A stretch of DNA of 64,000 nucleotides from an uncultured Candidatus Saccharibacteria bacterium (GCA_964480265.1 CAYZNY010000006.1:1219-65218), one strand, 5' to 3'; positions 1-9,600 are shown, counted from the stretch's first letter. Notes: generated by a model not told the origin, from the sequence alone. Made by a program: numbers and translations.

Positions 1-804
1 TATCAAGGTGCATTTACTGGAGTAATGACGCGATGCGTTGCTCTTGAAACCAGAAAAAGCCCGATTAGTACGGAGGTAATTCTTGTAGGCGATAAAGAAA
101 GCTCCATCTTAAACAAATCCGAACTAACTCCTAAAAACTATTATTCTATCAACTTTACCAATTCCAAGGATGATGGAATACTTAACAAAATAAAAGACAA
201 AAAAGCTTATGATTTATCGAAGGCTATTTGGGCACTTGGTATCGTAACTGGCGATAATAAACATAAATTACTTGACAAGATGCAGGATGGGCTGGAGCCG
301 ATTTATACTGGTAAAGAAATTGCGCCATATAAACTAAAAACTGCAAAGAAGTATATTTTGTATGATAGAGCGAGCTTTCAGCAAGTAGCTAAAGACGAAA
401 TATACCGAGCACCAGAAAAACTGGCATACAAGTTTATCTCTAATAAGTTGATCTTTTCTATAGATACTTCCGGGCAATTATTCCTGAACAGCGCTAATCT
501 TCTCATTCCTAATATACCTGGCATGTCAATCAATACGGTTGCAGCCTTTTTAAACTCTGATCTTTATCAATTTGTCTATCAGAAAAATTTTGGTGGCATC
601 AAAGTTCTAAAAAGCAATCTACTTTTGTTGCCGTTCGTATCCCTCACCGAGCAGCAGAACGCATATATTAACGGTCTAGTGGATGAGATAATGGCTGACA
701 AACAGGATAAAAATATAGAGTTGCAACAGTATATTTATGGATTATTTAATATTACTAACGAAGAAATTACATATATAAAAGGAGAACTATATGGAAATAC
801 TTAA
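1..804 (+). CDS. DNA methyltransferase, C-terminal part (5' end cut by the window edge), with a TaqI-like C-terminal target-recognition domain as in Eco57I/MmeI/PglX-type N6-adenine methylases
   Basis: Frame 1 is open from nt 1 (YQGAFTGV precedes the listed Met at 25). The stretch IYTGKEIAPYKL...ILYD...APEKLAYKFISNKLIFSIDTSGQLFLNSANLLIP...LNSDLYQF resembles, by eye, the specificity domain that follows the catalytic core in these methylases. The catalytic motif would lie upstream of the window. Confidence 0.55.
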   Translation, partial: YQGAFTGVMTRCVALETRKSPISTEVILVGDKESSILNKSELTPKNYYSINFTNSKDDGILNKIKDKKAYDLSKAIWALGIVTGDNKHKLLDKMQDGLEPIYTGKEIAPYKLKTAKKYILYDRASFQQVAKDEIYRAPEKLAYKFISNKLIFSIDTSGQLFLNSANLLIPNIPGMSINTVAAFLNSDLYQFVYQKNFGGIKVLKSNLLLLPFVSLTEQQNAYINGLVDEIMADKQDKNIELQQYIYGLFNITNEEITYIKGELYGNT

Positions 805-1507
805 AAAGGTATTAGACGAGGACATTCAAAAATTACACGGCAAATACGATTTGTCAGAGTCAACACTTGATAACTTATATTCTGTATATCCATTTAATCG
901 ATTTGAATACATTATTAGTCATTTGATTGCCGAAAACATTTTATCATTAGACCAGTATTTAGAATTACGCAATAATTACCTTCGCCGCAATAAATATCTC
1001 TATATTTTTGAAATTACTGCACCGCGTACTTTTGGCGAAACTTGGGCGCAACGGCATCTCAATGAGCTAGTTCCAGAGCTAGATATACCATCAAACAAGT
1101 ATGATAAAACATATTCTGGGCAATATGATTTTTGGTATAATGGAATCAGAGTAGAAGTAAAGGCATCGAGGGCAGTTAGCCGTAAAAGCGGCGGAACTTT
1201 ACTGGAAAAAGCGCTGTCTATCACTTCCGAAAATGGTTTTGACATGAACTTTCAGCAGATTAAACCCGCCTGTGCGGACGTTTTCGTCTGGATTGCCGTG
1301 TGGCGTGACGCCATTAGGTATTGGGTGCTATCTAGTTATGAGGTTGAGCACGATCCATATTATTCTACCGGTCAGCATAGGGGTAATACTGGGGAGGGGC
1401 AATTATGGGTGACGAACAAGAATATACATGATTTTGATAGGTATTTAGTCGAACCACGTAATATACTTAACGCAATACGAGAAAAAGCTCAGGACCCTAG
1501 AAAGTAG
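791..1507 (+). CDS. putative restriction endonuclease partner (PD-(D/E)XK-like); function inferred
   Basis: It overlaps the methylase ORF by 14 nt, which suggests coupling. The segment DFWYNGIRVEVKASRAV fits a D...E-x-K nuclease core. No other motif was recognised. Confidence 0.4.
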   Translation: MEILKKVLDEDIQKLHGKYDLSESTLDNLYSVYPFNRFEYIISHLIAENILSLDQYLELRNNYLRRNKYLYIFEITAPRTFGETWAQRHLNELVPELDIPSNKYDKTYSGQYDFWYNGIRVEVKASRAVSRKSGGTLLEKALSITSENGFDMNFQQIKPACADVFVWIAVWRDAIRYWVLSSYEVEHDPYYSTGQHRGNTGEGQLWVTNKNIHDFDRYLVEPRNILNAIREKAQDPRK

Positions 1508-1883
1508 CCAACGTATCAGTTTCTAATATCTTCCATGCTACTTCATATCGCTATCTAGTTGATTTTGTTAAATGTAATACTGTTGATATGGCAGTTTTGC
1601 GTCCACTACCTTCTTTTGGTTGAAAAATACGAAGTCAAAGAGGGACGACGGCGCTAGCGAGATATAACGAATCGCGTATTAAATGTACGCCATTCCCGAC
1701 GGGCCGCTTGCACCCAAAGCGCGGGACGCGCGAAGTGACGAGGATGGCGAGGGAATTGAATGCATTTATGCGGACAATTCCGAGCGACGCAGTCAGAAAA
1801 TAGCGAAGCTATGACCGACGTCAGAGTGGCGAGAATGATACCGAATTCAAACGAATGAAATACGAGAAATCGATAATAAACTT

Positions 1884-2105
1884 GTGTTACTAGCATCCAA
1901 CTTCAAAGATTCTGGAATAACCGTTTCTAATCTATTAAAACTAGCCACCAATGCCAATGAGTTATTTAAAAGTTCGAAACCTACTGTGAAAAATCAGATT
2001 TTGAGATTGATGGTTTCGAACCTCACAATTCAAAAAAGACTCGACTCTCGTATTTACTTGGTGCCCGGAACAGGATTTGAACCTGCACCTGATTGCTCAG
2101 ACTAG
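1884..2105 (+). pseudogene. C-terminal remnant of a large serine recombinase
   Basis: NELFKSSKPTVKNQILRLMVSNLTIQK aligns by eye with AKLWRDGDLETKQAIQKMIFPNGIYFD of the intact recombinase at 32549..34231. No catalytic domain lies upstream. The ORF ends antisense to tRNA-Leu (..GTGFEPAPDCSD). Possible further decayed pieces lie at about 1620-1880. Confidence 0.35.
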
Positions 2106-2145
2106 CACCTGAAGCTAGCGCGTCTGCCAATTTCGCCATCCGGGC
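2059..2145 (-). tRNA. tRNA-Leu(CAG), class II with long variable arm, CCA encoded
   Basis: The reverse complement reads GCCCGGA TG ... CTAGC-TTCAGGT-GCTAG ... long variable arm ... GCAGGTTCAAATCCTGT TCCGGGC A CCA. It has a 7-bp acceptor stem and a TPsiC loop, and the anticodon is CAG. Confidence 0.9.
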
Positions 2146-2190
2146 ATACAAATATTATACCAAAAACCGGAGACATATCAATGGCAGCAA

Positions 2191-3513
2191 CTAGTTTCTT
2201 ACTGTGCCGTTATTATCGCAAGCCCCGTTACTCCAACCATCTTTCGTATACCAGCTGTGCCAGCAATTCGAAGTCACCCAAGAATTTTTCTCGATATTCG
2301 TACCCTGCCCGTCTGTGCTACTCAACTCGAACTCTGGATACGGGAAGAATATATCCGCGGCATCAAGGCGCGCCTCAACTCGGCGATACAGTTGGTTGGT
2401 CCGGCCAGTAGAATCCACACTAATCTGCGAGCCTTGGAAATTGATTTTTGATTCCACGCCAGCCTCGTTGGTTTTTGCGAGCTCGACCTTGAAATCCGTG
2501 AACGCATCACCATATGGCATATTCACAACCAAGAAAACGTTATCACCGTTATTCAGCAAACGCCCGGCGCCATCTGCAACTTCCAAATCAATGTTGCAGA
2601 CAAATTCGTCACCAGGAGCGCATTTTACGCCAAACGGCTTGTGATTGTCCTTGTTATAGCTAGAAATCACATTGCCAGCACCAGCAATTGTAGACCTGGA
2701 AATTGAGCTAACCACCTTATCGCCATCCGCCGGCAAAAGCAGTAATGAGCTATACAATACTTCGCTATTATTATCAGAATCCCAGAAATTCGACAAATCA
2801 GCTGCCGCACTGGCTTTTATCAACGTAATTTGCATAGCTGGTGGAGTGGTTCTTCCTGTGTAGTTCGGCAATACCCAAGTCCCTGAATCGTCATCATAGC
2901 CGGCAAGCGTAAATTCGATATTGCTACCCTGATTTAGCTCCGAATACCAGCTAAACTTAATTTTCGACACCTTCCCGATTCCCTCAGAATTGATCCCCGA
3001 ACCATTCACCGCCAGTGGTACTACACGCGTCCGCGTATCAGATGTCAAGGTTCCGCGATAATCCGGTGTGATATCAGAAATTATGACACACGTATAGGCC
3101 TGATCGACAAAGGTTTCGGAATTAGTCTGACCACTCTCCTGGATTTTGACTTCGCCGGTAAAATTGGTGCCGTATAAGACCCTCGCAAGCGGGAATCCCT
3201 GCGAACAATCGTCGTCGTGCTGTTCTCTCCCGCTAAATACGTTCTTGTTTTCGCACTGGGCCGCACCCTTTTCCTGGACACACTTATAATAATTATTCAC
3301 GGCAACTTTCGCGTCCTCAACCCCAGCTATCGCCGAGTCGTAGGCAGATTGCGATAGATCATCATTGCTACTCTGCGTGGCCTCAGAAAGGATAATCCGC
3401 GTGAAGCTGACCGTGATCACGCCAAACAGAATTGTTGCAAAAATCACCACATAGAGCGAAGCGACGCCGCGTTTAGTTTTTAGATTGGGTTTTTTGAATT
3501 GTATCTTCTTCAT
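2191..3513 (-). CDS. pilus-associated protein with a PilX-N/TadG-like N-terminal anchor
   Basis: The N-terminus KRGVASLYVVIFATILFGVITVSFTRIILSEATQSSNDDLSQSAYDSAIAGVEDA resembles the anchor of PilX_N/TadG-type minor pilus proteins. AGGAGG lies upstream of the ATG. The gap to the upstream gene is 10 nt. Confidence 0.5.
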   Translation of the reverse strand: MKKIQFKKPNLKTKRGVASLYVVIFATILFGVITVSFTRIILSEATQSSNDDLSQSAYDSAIAGVEDAKVAVNNYYKCVQEKGAAQCENKNVFSGREQHDDDCSQGFPLARVLYGTNFTGEVKIQESGQTNSETFVDQAYTCVIISDITPDYRGTLTSDTRTRVVPLAVNGSGINSEGIGKVSKIKFSWYSELNQGSNIEFTLAGYDDDSGTWVLPNYTGRTTPPAMQITLIKASAAADLSNFWDSDNNSEVLYSSLLLLPADGDKVVSSISRSTIAGAGNVISSYNKDNHKPFGVKCAPGDEFVCNIDLEVADGAGRLLNNGDNVFLVVNMPYGDAFTDFKVELAKTNEAGVESKINFQGSQISVDSTGRTNQLYRRVEARLDAADIFFPYPEFELSSTDGQGTNIEKNSWVTSNCWHSWYTKDGWSNGACDNNGTVRN

Positions 3514-3523
3514 CTCCTACCTC

Positions 3524-6500
3524 CTAATACCTTGGTGCCAGTTCCCTAGCATATGCATCGGTATAACTAGAATCATAACGCCCGGCTTGCGCAAATGACC
3601 ATAAATATGACAAAGCACTGAGATTGAACACTTCGCTAGATGTATTTTTAAAGGAACTTATGCCGTAGGCAAGATTATCGGCACCATAAGTCCGGTTCAG
3701 CGTCACCGACTTAGCAACCACCGGGCCATTGATTTGTAACCGATTATCGCAAGTGGTGTTTTGGTTACGATAGACGCTCTGGGTCTCGGTCGTCTTTTCT
3801 ACCCAGTCACTGCAAGTATTGATATTGCCATTTGCAATAATCCAAGCATCAAGCCTTGTCACACTCGGGGCAATCTCTACGTTTCCATCAACATAAATCA
3901 CGACTTGTGGCATCTCGTAAATCGTCTTGCCGCTGGTATTTGCCAGTTCAACATTGCTAGAAATAGTCAAAGTACCATTCTCCCCACCCGGATTGAAGTA
4001 GAGAATTCGCGTGTCGCCTACGCCCACCGCTCCATCATAAGACTTCTCCTCCTGGTCGGCGTTTGTCGCATGGCTCTTCAAATAAGCCGACAGCCTGGTA
4101 CTATATGAAGAATTATAGTTGATACCCGAATTACCGAGCGTAGTTCCATTGGCTACTAGTCCTATATTCGTGATTGTCTGCCAAGCCATATCCCATTGAT
4201 TACCGCTGACTAAGCCCGGGATACCGGCGCCATAGGCCCCGCTCGATGCAAACCGAGAAACTTCGCCTTGGGCTGCCACGATATTCTCGGCCCACGAACC
4301 ATAGGTAGTCTTCTCGCTATCATTATTAAGCTTGGTCGGCTGGCCATTATTTGCTTCGTTATGCCTTGGCGCGGTGGAAGACGACACCCCCGCACCAGAG
4401 AACAGGCTGCCATTCCATACTGCAAAACTTGGTTTCTTGGCAATCGTGCGGCAAGTGGCACTATAATTCGTCCAATAATCTTTGCCGGGGACATAAGTCC
4501 AAGTTGCAACATCGTCGGTCAAACCGCTCGCATCACTAGCTTTCGCAACGCCCCACCAATAGCCCCATTTGTAGCCATAGGAGTTGCAATACTTCCCACC
4601 AACGTTATCCGGAACAGCGATATCAAGTTGCTGCGTGAATGCATCCTGCTCGCTATTATTCGGGGTCGGAACAAGCTGGGTAGCCTTCCCGGCAATACCA
4701 TCGGCATTTTCTTCGATACTCAACCCATCACCGCTAAACTCAGCACAGTTCGCCCCACCAAACGATATCAATCGACCTCCACTCTTCGTGCGGAAATAAT
4801 TACATGGATCACTCGACACGTGGCCGCCAGCATTGACGACGCTTGCGCCTGTGACGTCATCCCGCACTACAAAACCTATCGCAGAATAATCCTTCACCCG
4901 GCGAGTCGGGACGGACTTTGCTGCAACTTTCCAGCCAATACCAGTGTGCTCGCCGGCATACATGATATCGGATGCGCTATCGCCGCCATTCTTAGGGCCG
5001 TATGGATCCGGGTCACCACCCTCAGGTGGATCTGCCGGGCGCGTGATCTCGATGCAGGCTTCAGAGTCCTCGGAATCGTTATTGGCTTGTGGAGTGCCGT
5101 AGTCCCATCGAGGACCAATAGACCACGGACCAGTCCAGATCAAGCTCTCCGTAATTGGGGTAGTATAAGTCTTCGGACTATATTTAATCTTGTGGCAAAC
5201 TTTATAAGTTTTGCCTGCCTCCATACCAGAAATTGTATAAGTATGGGTAGATACTTCTTCTCCGCCATTGTCTGTATCTTTATCGGTGCCAGCTTTATAG
5301 GTCGCGTCTTCGTCGTTATTATTCTCTACAACACCACCAGTATCACCGGTCAGTTCATAGCTTAAATTAGTCTGCGAGCCAACATACACCCAGTCACCAT
5401 TGCAAGAACCGTCGGCATTGGTCGAAATACACCCATCCCAATAACGCCACATATTTCTTGTCCAATCCGTCCAATCGAAATCCATATTATGCGAAAGTGT
5501 AAATTGCAAAGAGTCACTATCGGTGCTGACTTTGAGCCCGACCGCAGCATCCTTATCCGAAGTCTGTTTGCCGGGGTCGTACCCACCAAGCTGAGCACTG
5601 GCGTTCGGAACCTGCACGCTAGAAGTTGCCCAAAATTCATCCTTAGGCTCCGCAGGTTTGTCGATACGCTTCGCAACAACACAAACCGATGTGTGCGCAC
5701 GTCCTGTTTCTTTAACAATATCTCCACCGTCTGCGCTAGTAAAAACAAAGCGTAGTGGCTCAATGGTCATAGTCTGGCACTTTGTCGCAGTCGACCCGAC
5801 GTTATCAAGTTGTAACGTGTATGGCTTGTTGCCGACATTGGTATGCTCCTTCTTCTTTTTCCAAGGCTCGATCTCCCAATCCGTAGAACAAAGATCTCTA
5901 CCACCGCACGCGTCAACATCTCCATCGGCGATATCATACCAAAGATCTAATCTAAAACTACGATCAGACCATCGTTTTTTGGTTTCATCCCAGCTAGAAT
6001 CTTCATTTTGATAATACTGGTTATGCCACATATTCCCAGATACACTGCTATTAGATGTTTCCACAGTAATAGTCATAACATTATTCTTACCAAAACCAGT
6101 GCTGTCCGGGCCAACATCCGCCCCAGTCTTGGAGCCAGAAACCCCGTTAACGCTGACTCCCGAGTTGGCGGTCACATAGCCCTTACCTTTTGTCTCGTCA
6201 GTATAGTCTGAACAAAACCATGTGGTATTACCCCATGCGGCATCATCCGGTCCAATCAAGTTTAACTCCTTTGCTTTATCGTGTTGAGCTTTAACATCAT
6301 TCCATTTTTCTGTCCCCGCCAGACTTTCAATAACATTATAGCTTCCAGACCCACCCGCATAAGTAGGCTTCACTTGGTGTACCTGGACACCAGGATTAAA
6401 TGCTTGCTCACCCACAAATGACCAACTACTGGCCGAACTACCTTTTTTGACTTTCTCATAGGCAAGCACAAAGTAGCCCTTAGCCCCGATCGCACTACAC

Positions 6501-6733
6501 CTTGATTTCGCATTTGCATTTGCATTACTATTTACTTTGTAATATCGCCATGATACACCATAATGCCCACACCATGTTACTTTACTTACTGCGGTCGTAC
6601 ATTTACTTGTGCTGCTTGCAGTATCCTCGCCATCACTTTCGTAATCGCTTGCAAAAACCGCACTGGACATTGCCAAACATCCCAACACAATACCAGAGAT
6701 CAATAACGGGATTATCTTTCTACGTGCTAACAT
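3524..6733 (-). CDS. large secreted protein (1069 aa), function unknown; candidate pilus-associated adhesin
   Basis: It has a Sec-type signal peptide, MLARRKIIPLLISGIVLGCLAMSSAVFA|SD. Its start abuts the stop of the upstream gene, and the PilX-like gene follows it in the same operon. Confidence 0.75.
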   Translation of the reverse strand: MLARRKIIPLLISGIVLGCLAMSSAVFASDYESDGEDTASSTSKCTTAVSKVTWCGHYGVSWRYYKVNSNANANAKSRCSAIGAKGYFVLAYEKVKKGSSASSWSFVGEQAFNPGVQVHQVKPTYAGGSGSYNVIESLAGTEKWNDVKAQHDKAKELNLIGPDDAAWGNTTWFCSDYTDETKGKGYVTANSGVSVNGVSGSKTGADVGPDSTGFGKNNVMTITVETSNSSVSGNMWHNQYYQNEDSSWDETKKRWSDRSFRLDLWYDIADGDVDACGGRDLCSTDWEIEPWKKKKEHTNVGNKPYTLQLDNVGSTATKCQTMTIEPLRFVFTSADGGDIVKETGRAHTSVCVVAKRIDKPAEPKDEFWATSSVQVPNASAQLGGYDPGKQTSDKDAAVGLKVSTDSDSLQFTLSHNMDFDWTDWTRNMWRYWDGCISTNADGSCNGDWVYVGSQTNLSYELTGDTGGVVENNNDEDATYKAGTDKDTDNGGEEVSTHTYTISGMEAGKTYKVCHKIKYSPKTYTTPITESLIWTGPWSIGPRWDYGTPQANNDSEDSEACIEITRPADPPEGGDPDPYGPKNGGDSASDIMYAGEHTGIGWKVAAKSVPTRRVKDYSAIGFVVRDDVTGASVVNAGGHVSSDPCNYFRTKSGGRLISFGGANCAEFSGDGLSIEENADGIAGKATQLVPTPNNSEQDAFTQQLDIAVPDNVGGKYCNSYGYKWGYWWGVAKASDASGLTDDVATWTYVPGKDYWTNYSATCRTIAKKPSFAVWNGSLFSGAGVSSSTAPRHNEANNGQPTKLNNDSEKTTYGSWAENIVAAQGEVSRFASSGAYGAGIPGLVSGNQWDMAWQTITNIGLVANGTTLGNSGINYNSSYSTRLSAYLKSHATNADQEEKSYDGAVGVGDTRILYFNPGGENGTLTISSNVELANTSGKTIYEMPQVVIYVDGNVEIAPSVTRLDAWIIANGNINTCSDWVEKTTETQSVYRNQNTTCDNRLQINGPVVAKSVTLNRTYGADNLAYGISSFKNTSSEVFNLSALSYLWSFAQAGRYDSSYTDAYARELAPRY

Positions 6734-7501
6734 TTAGTCTCCCTCATGTAATTTAATATCTGCATCCTCTTCCAATTGTCGGTATTTTTCTGCCATCTCT
6801 GCGTCGCCTAAGGCAATGTAGGATGACTTAATAGCGGCATACACCAAGCTCTGCTCTTTTGAGCTAAGCGCATTAAAATCAAGTTGCTGAGATACATCTA
6901 TTACTTCGTCATACTCGCTATGTTGAAACAGGGTGATTAGCTCTGCTGCCTGGATGGCGTTCCTCTGCTTCTGGTCATTACTCGCCGATACTGCGTTCTC
7001 TGTTGCCGCCCTAACGCTGCCTATACCTTGCGCTCCAGAATTTTCTCCCGCCGATGCCTCATTATCTATTCCCGAAATTGACCGCAACTGAGTTAAATAT
7101 TTTTCAACAGCACTATTATCCCCATCGCTATCCCCCTCATAACTATTGCCAAGAGTTAATTCCGTTGGTTTTTTCTCATGATCTTTCGGCGATACTAGCA
7201 TCATAATCATCCATATGGTAGCCCCCATAATTGCAATGGTCAACACGCCCAAAACAATCCAAAACCACAATGGCCGCTTCGTTCTTACTCTTGAACCATT
7301 TTGAGGGAATTGTTTTGTCTTTTTAGCCTCTTTATCTTTTTTGTCTTTAACTTTCTTGACTTTTTCTGATTTGTGTTTTTTGCCCGAGCCAATCTTGCTA
7401 GCATCAAAACCAGCGTTTATAGCCGAAGTAGGCTTCACCGGTTGCACCGGGGCCTGATTCTGCACCTGCGGTGCAGTTGCACCCTTTCCCTCCTCGTTCA
7501 T
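6734..7501 (-). CDS. bitopic membrane protein: K-rich disordered N-terminus, one TM helix, helical/TPR-like C-terminal domain
   Basis: The TM segment is LWFWIVLGVLTIAIMGATIWMIMMLV. The C-terminus is similar by eye to 13039..13731. It is the first gene of its operon, with TGcTATAAT 7 nt upstream of the ATG (leaderless-type). Confidence 0.7.
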   Translation of the reverse strand: MNEEGKGATAPQVQNQAPVQPVKPTSAINAGFDASKIGSGKKHKSEKVKKVKDKKDKEAKKTKQFPQNGSRVRTKRPLWFWIVLGVLTIAIMGATIWMIMMLVSPKDHEKKPTELTLGNSYEGDSDGDNSAVEKYLTQLRSISGIDNEASAGENSGAQGIGSVRAATENAVSASNDQKQRNAIQAAELITLFQHSEYDEVIDVSQQLDFNALSSKEQSLVYAAIKSSYIALGDAEMAEKYRQLEEDADIKLHEGD

Positions 7502-7612
7502 GCTTATGATTATAGCATACTTTAACTCATTTTTATAATTTCACAAAGAATTGGCTCGCATTTCTGCGAGCCGTTACTTAAGGTGCTTTATTATGGGGGG
7601 ACATTTAAGTCA

Positions 7613-8806
7613 TCACCATTCCGATTTGGGAATATTTAACTTATAGACTATAATCTCATTGCCCATAGATACTCCATCAAATGTTTCATAGACCGCTTTT
7701 CTGCGTTCAATTAAACTAAATTGTTGCAACTGTTGTGTTTTCTTGATTTTCTTGATTGGCTTGACCTTTTTGTAAGGGCGACGATAAATTACATCCCTAT
7801 CCCAAACAAAAAAACCGACGTAATCATTATACGGTTCAAGTGCCCCATTCTCCAAGATTGCATAGCGTATGCCACCACTACGTGTCCTAACTTTAATCCT
7901 TGCTACTTCGCTCACTGCTCCCGAACCCTTCAAATGATCAAACTCACCAATGTTAAAGGCGGCGCATATTTTACATATTGCTATGGCATAGTCTAAGCAA
8001 TCACCATATGCTTTCTTTTTGAATAATGCCTTAAACGATTCATTCTCATCATTCCTTGAATCGGAGTGCCGCATTGACGCCCCCTCCCAGCTTTTACCGT
8101 CTGACCCTATTTCCAGCACTATTCTCGCCTTCATAGCACTTGATAAATTCCGGAATTTTGTTCCATGAAGGTACTTGCTCAATTCTTTCAAATTAGCAAT
8201 TGTCGTTTGCGTATCCAAGTATAGCTGTGCCCTGCTTTTATAATTAGCTTCATCCACCATAACCGTTCCAGACTGTAAGCCAGCGGCTAGATTTTCCGAT
8301 TCCTTCAATAGCTTGTCAATATACGCTCTAAACCCTTTGTATTCTTGTTCTACAAATTTAATGCCATAAATATACTCCTGGCAATGGAATTTCTTGACTA
8401 TGAATGTTGTATATTTCCCATTCTTCTTAGGATTATTATTCGTTCCATTCACATCAAAGTAAAGCGAATCTTTCATGCATATCGGAAACACATCAAACCC
8501 CACATCAGTCTGCTTAGCAACTTTCTTAGTCAGCTTCTGAAACTTCTTATAGAAGCTTTTCTCGCCGCCCTTGAACCGGATCGTAAAAGCTTTACCTTTC
8601 AAAAGCTGCTGATGAACCTTTTTGGCGGTCTTCTGATCAATCTTTTTGACCGTTATAACCTTGGCTTTCGCCTTTGCCTCCACCTCTGTCTGCTGGCAAA
8701 CTACGCTGCCTACCAAAATAAGTCCAAAGGTTAACAGTAATCCAGCCGCCATTGTTAATATGGGGCCAAGAAACAACTTGCTACAAAAATCATTTTTCAC
8801 CTTCAT
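7613..8806 (-). CDS. membrane-anchored transglutaminase-like cysteine peptidase domain protein
   Basis: There is an N-terminal signal anchor. The motif AYGDCLDYAIA fits the G-x-C-x-x-(F/Y)-A nucleophile context of transglutaminase-like proteins. GGAGGG lies upstream of the ATG. The gene sits in a visibly AT-rich segment. Confidence 0.5.
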   Translation of the reverse strand: MKVKNDFCSKLFLGPILTMAAGLLLTFGLILVGSVVCQQTEVEAKAKAKVITVKKIDQKTAKKVHQQLLKGKAFTIRFKGGEKSFYKKFQKLTKKVAKQTDVGFDVFPICMKDSLYFDVNGTNNNPKKNGKYTTFIVKKFHCQEYIYGIKFVEQEYKGFRAYIDKLLKESENLAAGLQSGTVMVDEANYKSRAQLYLDTQTTIANLKELSKYLHGTKFRNLSSAMKARIVLEIGSDGKSWEGASMRHSDSRNDENESFKALFKKKAYGDCLDYAIAICKICAAFNIGEFDHLKGSGAVSEVARIKVRTRSGGIRYAILENGALEPYNDYVGFFVWDRDVIYRRPYKKVKPIKKIKKTQQLQQFSLIERRKAVYETFDGVSMGNEIIVYKLNIPKSEW

Positions 8807-8889
8807 GATAATCCCTCCTGTCTGTAAAGGTACCTAAAATGCAAACGAGCAACAGAAAAATTATTGCCCATACTAATTGTTACCGCACA

Positions 8890-8918
8890 ATTGTACTATT
8901 TCTGAGTGAAAAATGCAA
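8890..8918 (-). promoter_or_regulatory. sigma70-type promoter for 7613..8806
   Basis: On the minus strand: TTGCAT, 17 nt, TACAAT. Confidence 0.55.
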
Positions 8919-8966
8919 AGTTAAGCGAGATGAGATATAGGTCATAGAGAAAAATTGAGAAGATCG

Positions 8967-8995
8967 ATAGTTGAGGGGCGAAGCCCCTCAACTAT
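8967..8995 (-). terminator. 13-bp perfect hairpin overlapping the stop codon of cassette a
   Basis: ATAGTTGAGGGGC-gaa-GCCCCTCAACTAT on the plus strand. It lies between cassette a and the promoter of the next gene. Confidence 0.5.
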
Positions 8996-9279
8996 TTCGC
9001 AACACAGCGGACGGCAAAACCTTGGCCGCGGATAGAGTAGGACTGTGAATCGACGTAGACACCATTGGAAAAGGAAAAGAATAAGAGATTGTTTGCAGAT
9101 TCAGATGAATATGCCGAGTGTGACCAGTAGTACCCTTCTGAGCCTAGTGCGCTTAATGATCCGATATTGTAATAATACTTACCTCCTAACTCAAACCCGA
9201 GCGGCGCGCTACGTAACTGGGTAGAACCGGAGAAGAAGTTAGAAATGTTGTAGTGCGCCGCTCGAAAAACATATCCCGT
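8992..9279 (-). pseudogene. cassette a: start-less C-terminal half of a Fibrobacter-succinogenes-major-paralogous-domain (FISUMP, lectin-like) protein
   Basis: The open frame between stops reads TGYVFRAAHYNISNFFSGSTQLRSAPLGFELGGKYYYNIGSLSALGSEGYYWSHSAYSSESANNLLFFSFSNGVYVDSQSYSIRGQGFAVRCVAK*. It contains no ATG, GTG or TTG. The YWS...G(F/L)(A/S)VRCV ending is the hallmark of that domain family. Confidence 0.7.
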
Positions 9280-9285
9280 CTATGC

Positions 9286-9313
9286 TTGTAGTTTTCTCAA
9301 AATTTGCTATATG
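9286..9313 (+). promoter_or_regulatory. candidate promoter of ncRNA unit 1
   Basis: TTGTAG, 16 nt, TGcTATATG. The predicted start is about 3-4 nt before the closing stem of the RNA. Confidence 0.45.
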
Positions 9314-9319
9314 CTGGAA

Positions 9320-9593
9320 GATAGGACGACAGAGCGCCATGCTACACCGCTCTACGAGAAACTTTAACAGCGGGGAGAAAGGAAGGAGTATGGGGCTCAC
9401 ACTAACCATACGCGTATGGAAATTACGCATAAAAATTAGTTTAGGCAAAGCCCAAACTAATAAAACCCTATCTATATCCTAGCACGCTAATCGCAGACGG
9501 TCAACACCATGTGGGCCGATAATCTACGATTATCGGCCCATCTGCGAAGTGAAACAATGCTAGTGGTGTAATAGCTCTGTCGTCCAGTTTTTT
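9320..9593 (+). ncRNA. unclassified structured ncRNA, unit 1 (about 262-nt core at 9324-9585)
   Basis: The 5' GGACGACAGAGC pairs with the 3' GCTCTGTCGTCC, and a T6 run follows. Internal hairpins include a perfect 12-bp stem, GGGCCGATAATC/GATTATCGGCCC. It is paralogous to unit 2, with compensatory changes between the two. Confidence 0.55.
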
Positions 9594-9600
9594 GATTTAC

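Larger units (their letters stand above)
1..2058. mobile_element. decayed integrative island abutting the 3' end of tRNA-Leu (R-M cargo plus recombinase remnant)
   Basis: By eye it is AT-rich relative to the pilus operon to the right. It carries R-M genes and a recombinase C-terminal fragment reading into the tRNA, the same geometry as the intact element at tRNA-His. The left boundary is outside the window. Confidence 0.3.

Noticed and set aside
1654-1896. An 80-aa minus-strand ORF in a locally GC-rich patch.
   Set aside because: It has no RBS and an odd composition. The patch more likely belongs to the decayed recombinase region. I could not confirm homology in any frame by eye, so it is left unannotated.
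4268-5365. A 365-aa plus-strand ORF, together with the many other 60-150-aa ORFs inside large minus-strand genes (3524-6733, 15010-19074, 34288-35766, 50425-52188 and others).
   Set aside because: They are antisense or shadow ORFs within well-supported long genes. Their composition is biased and they lack translation signals.
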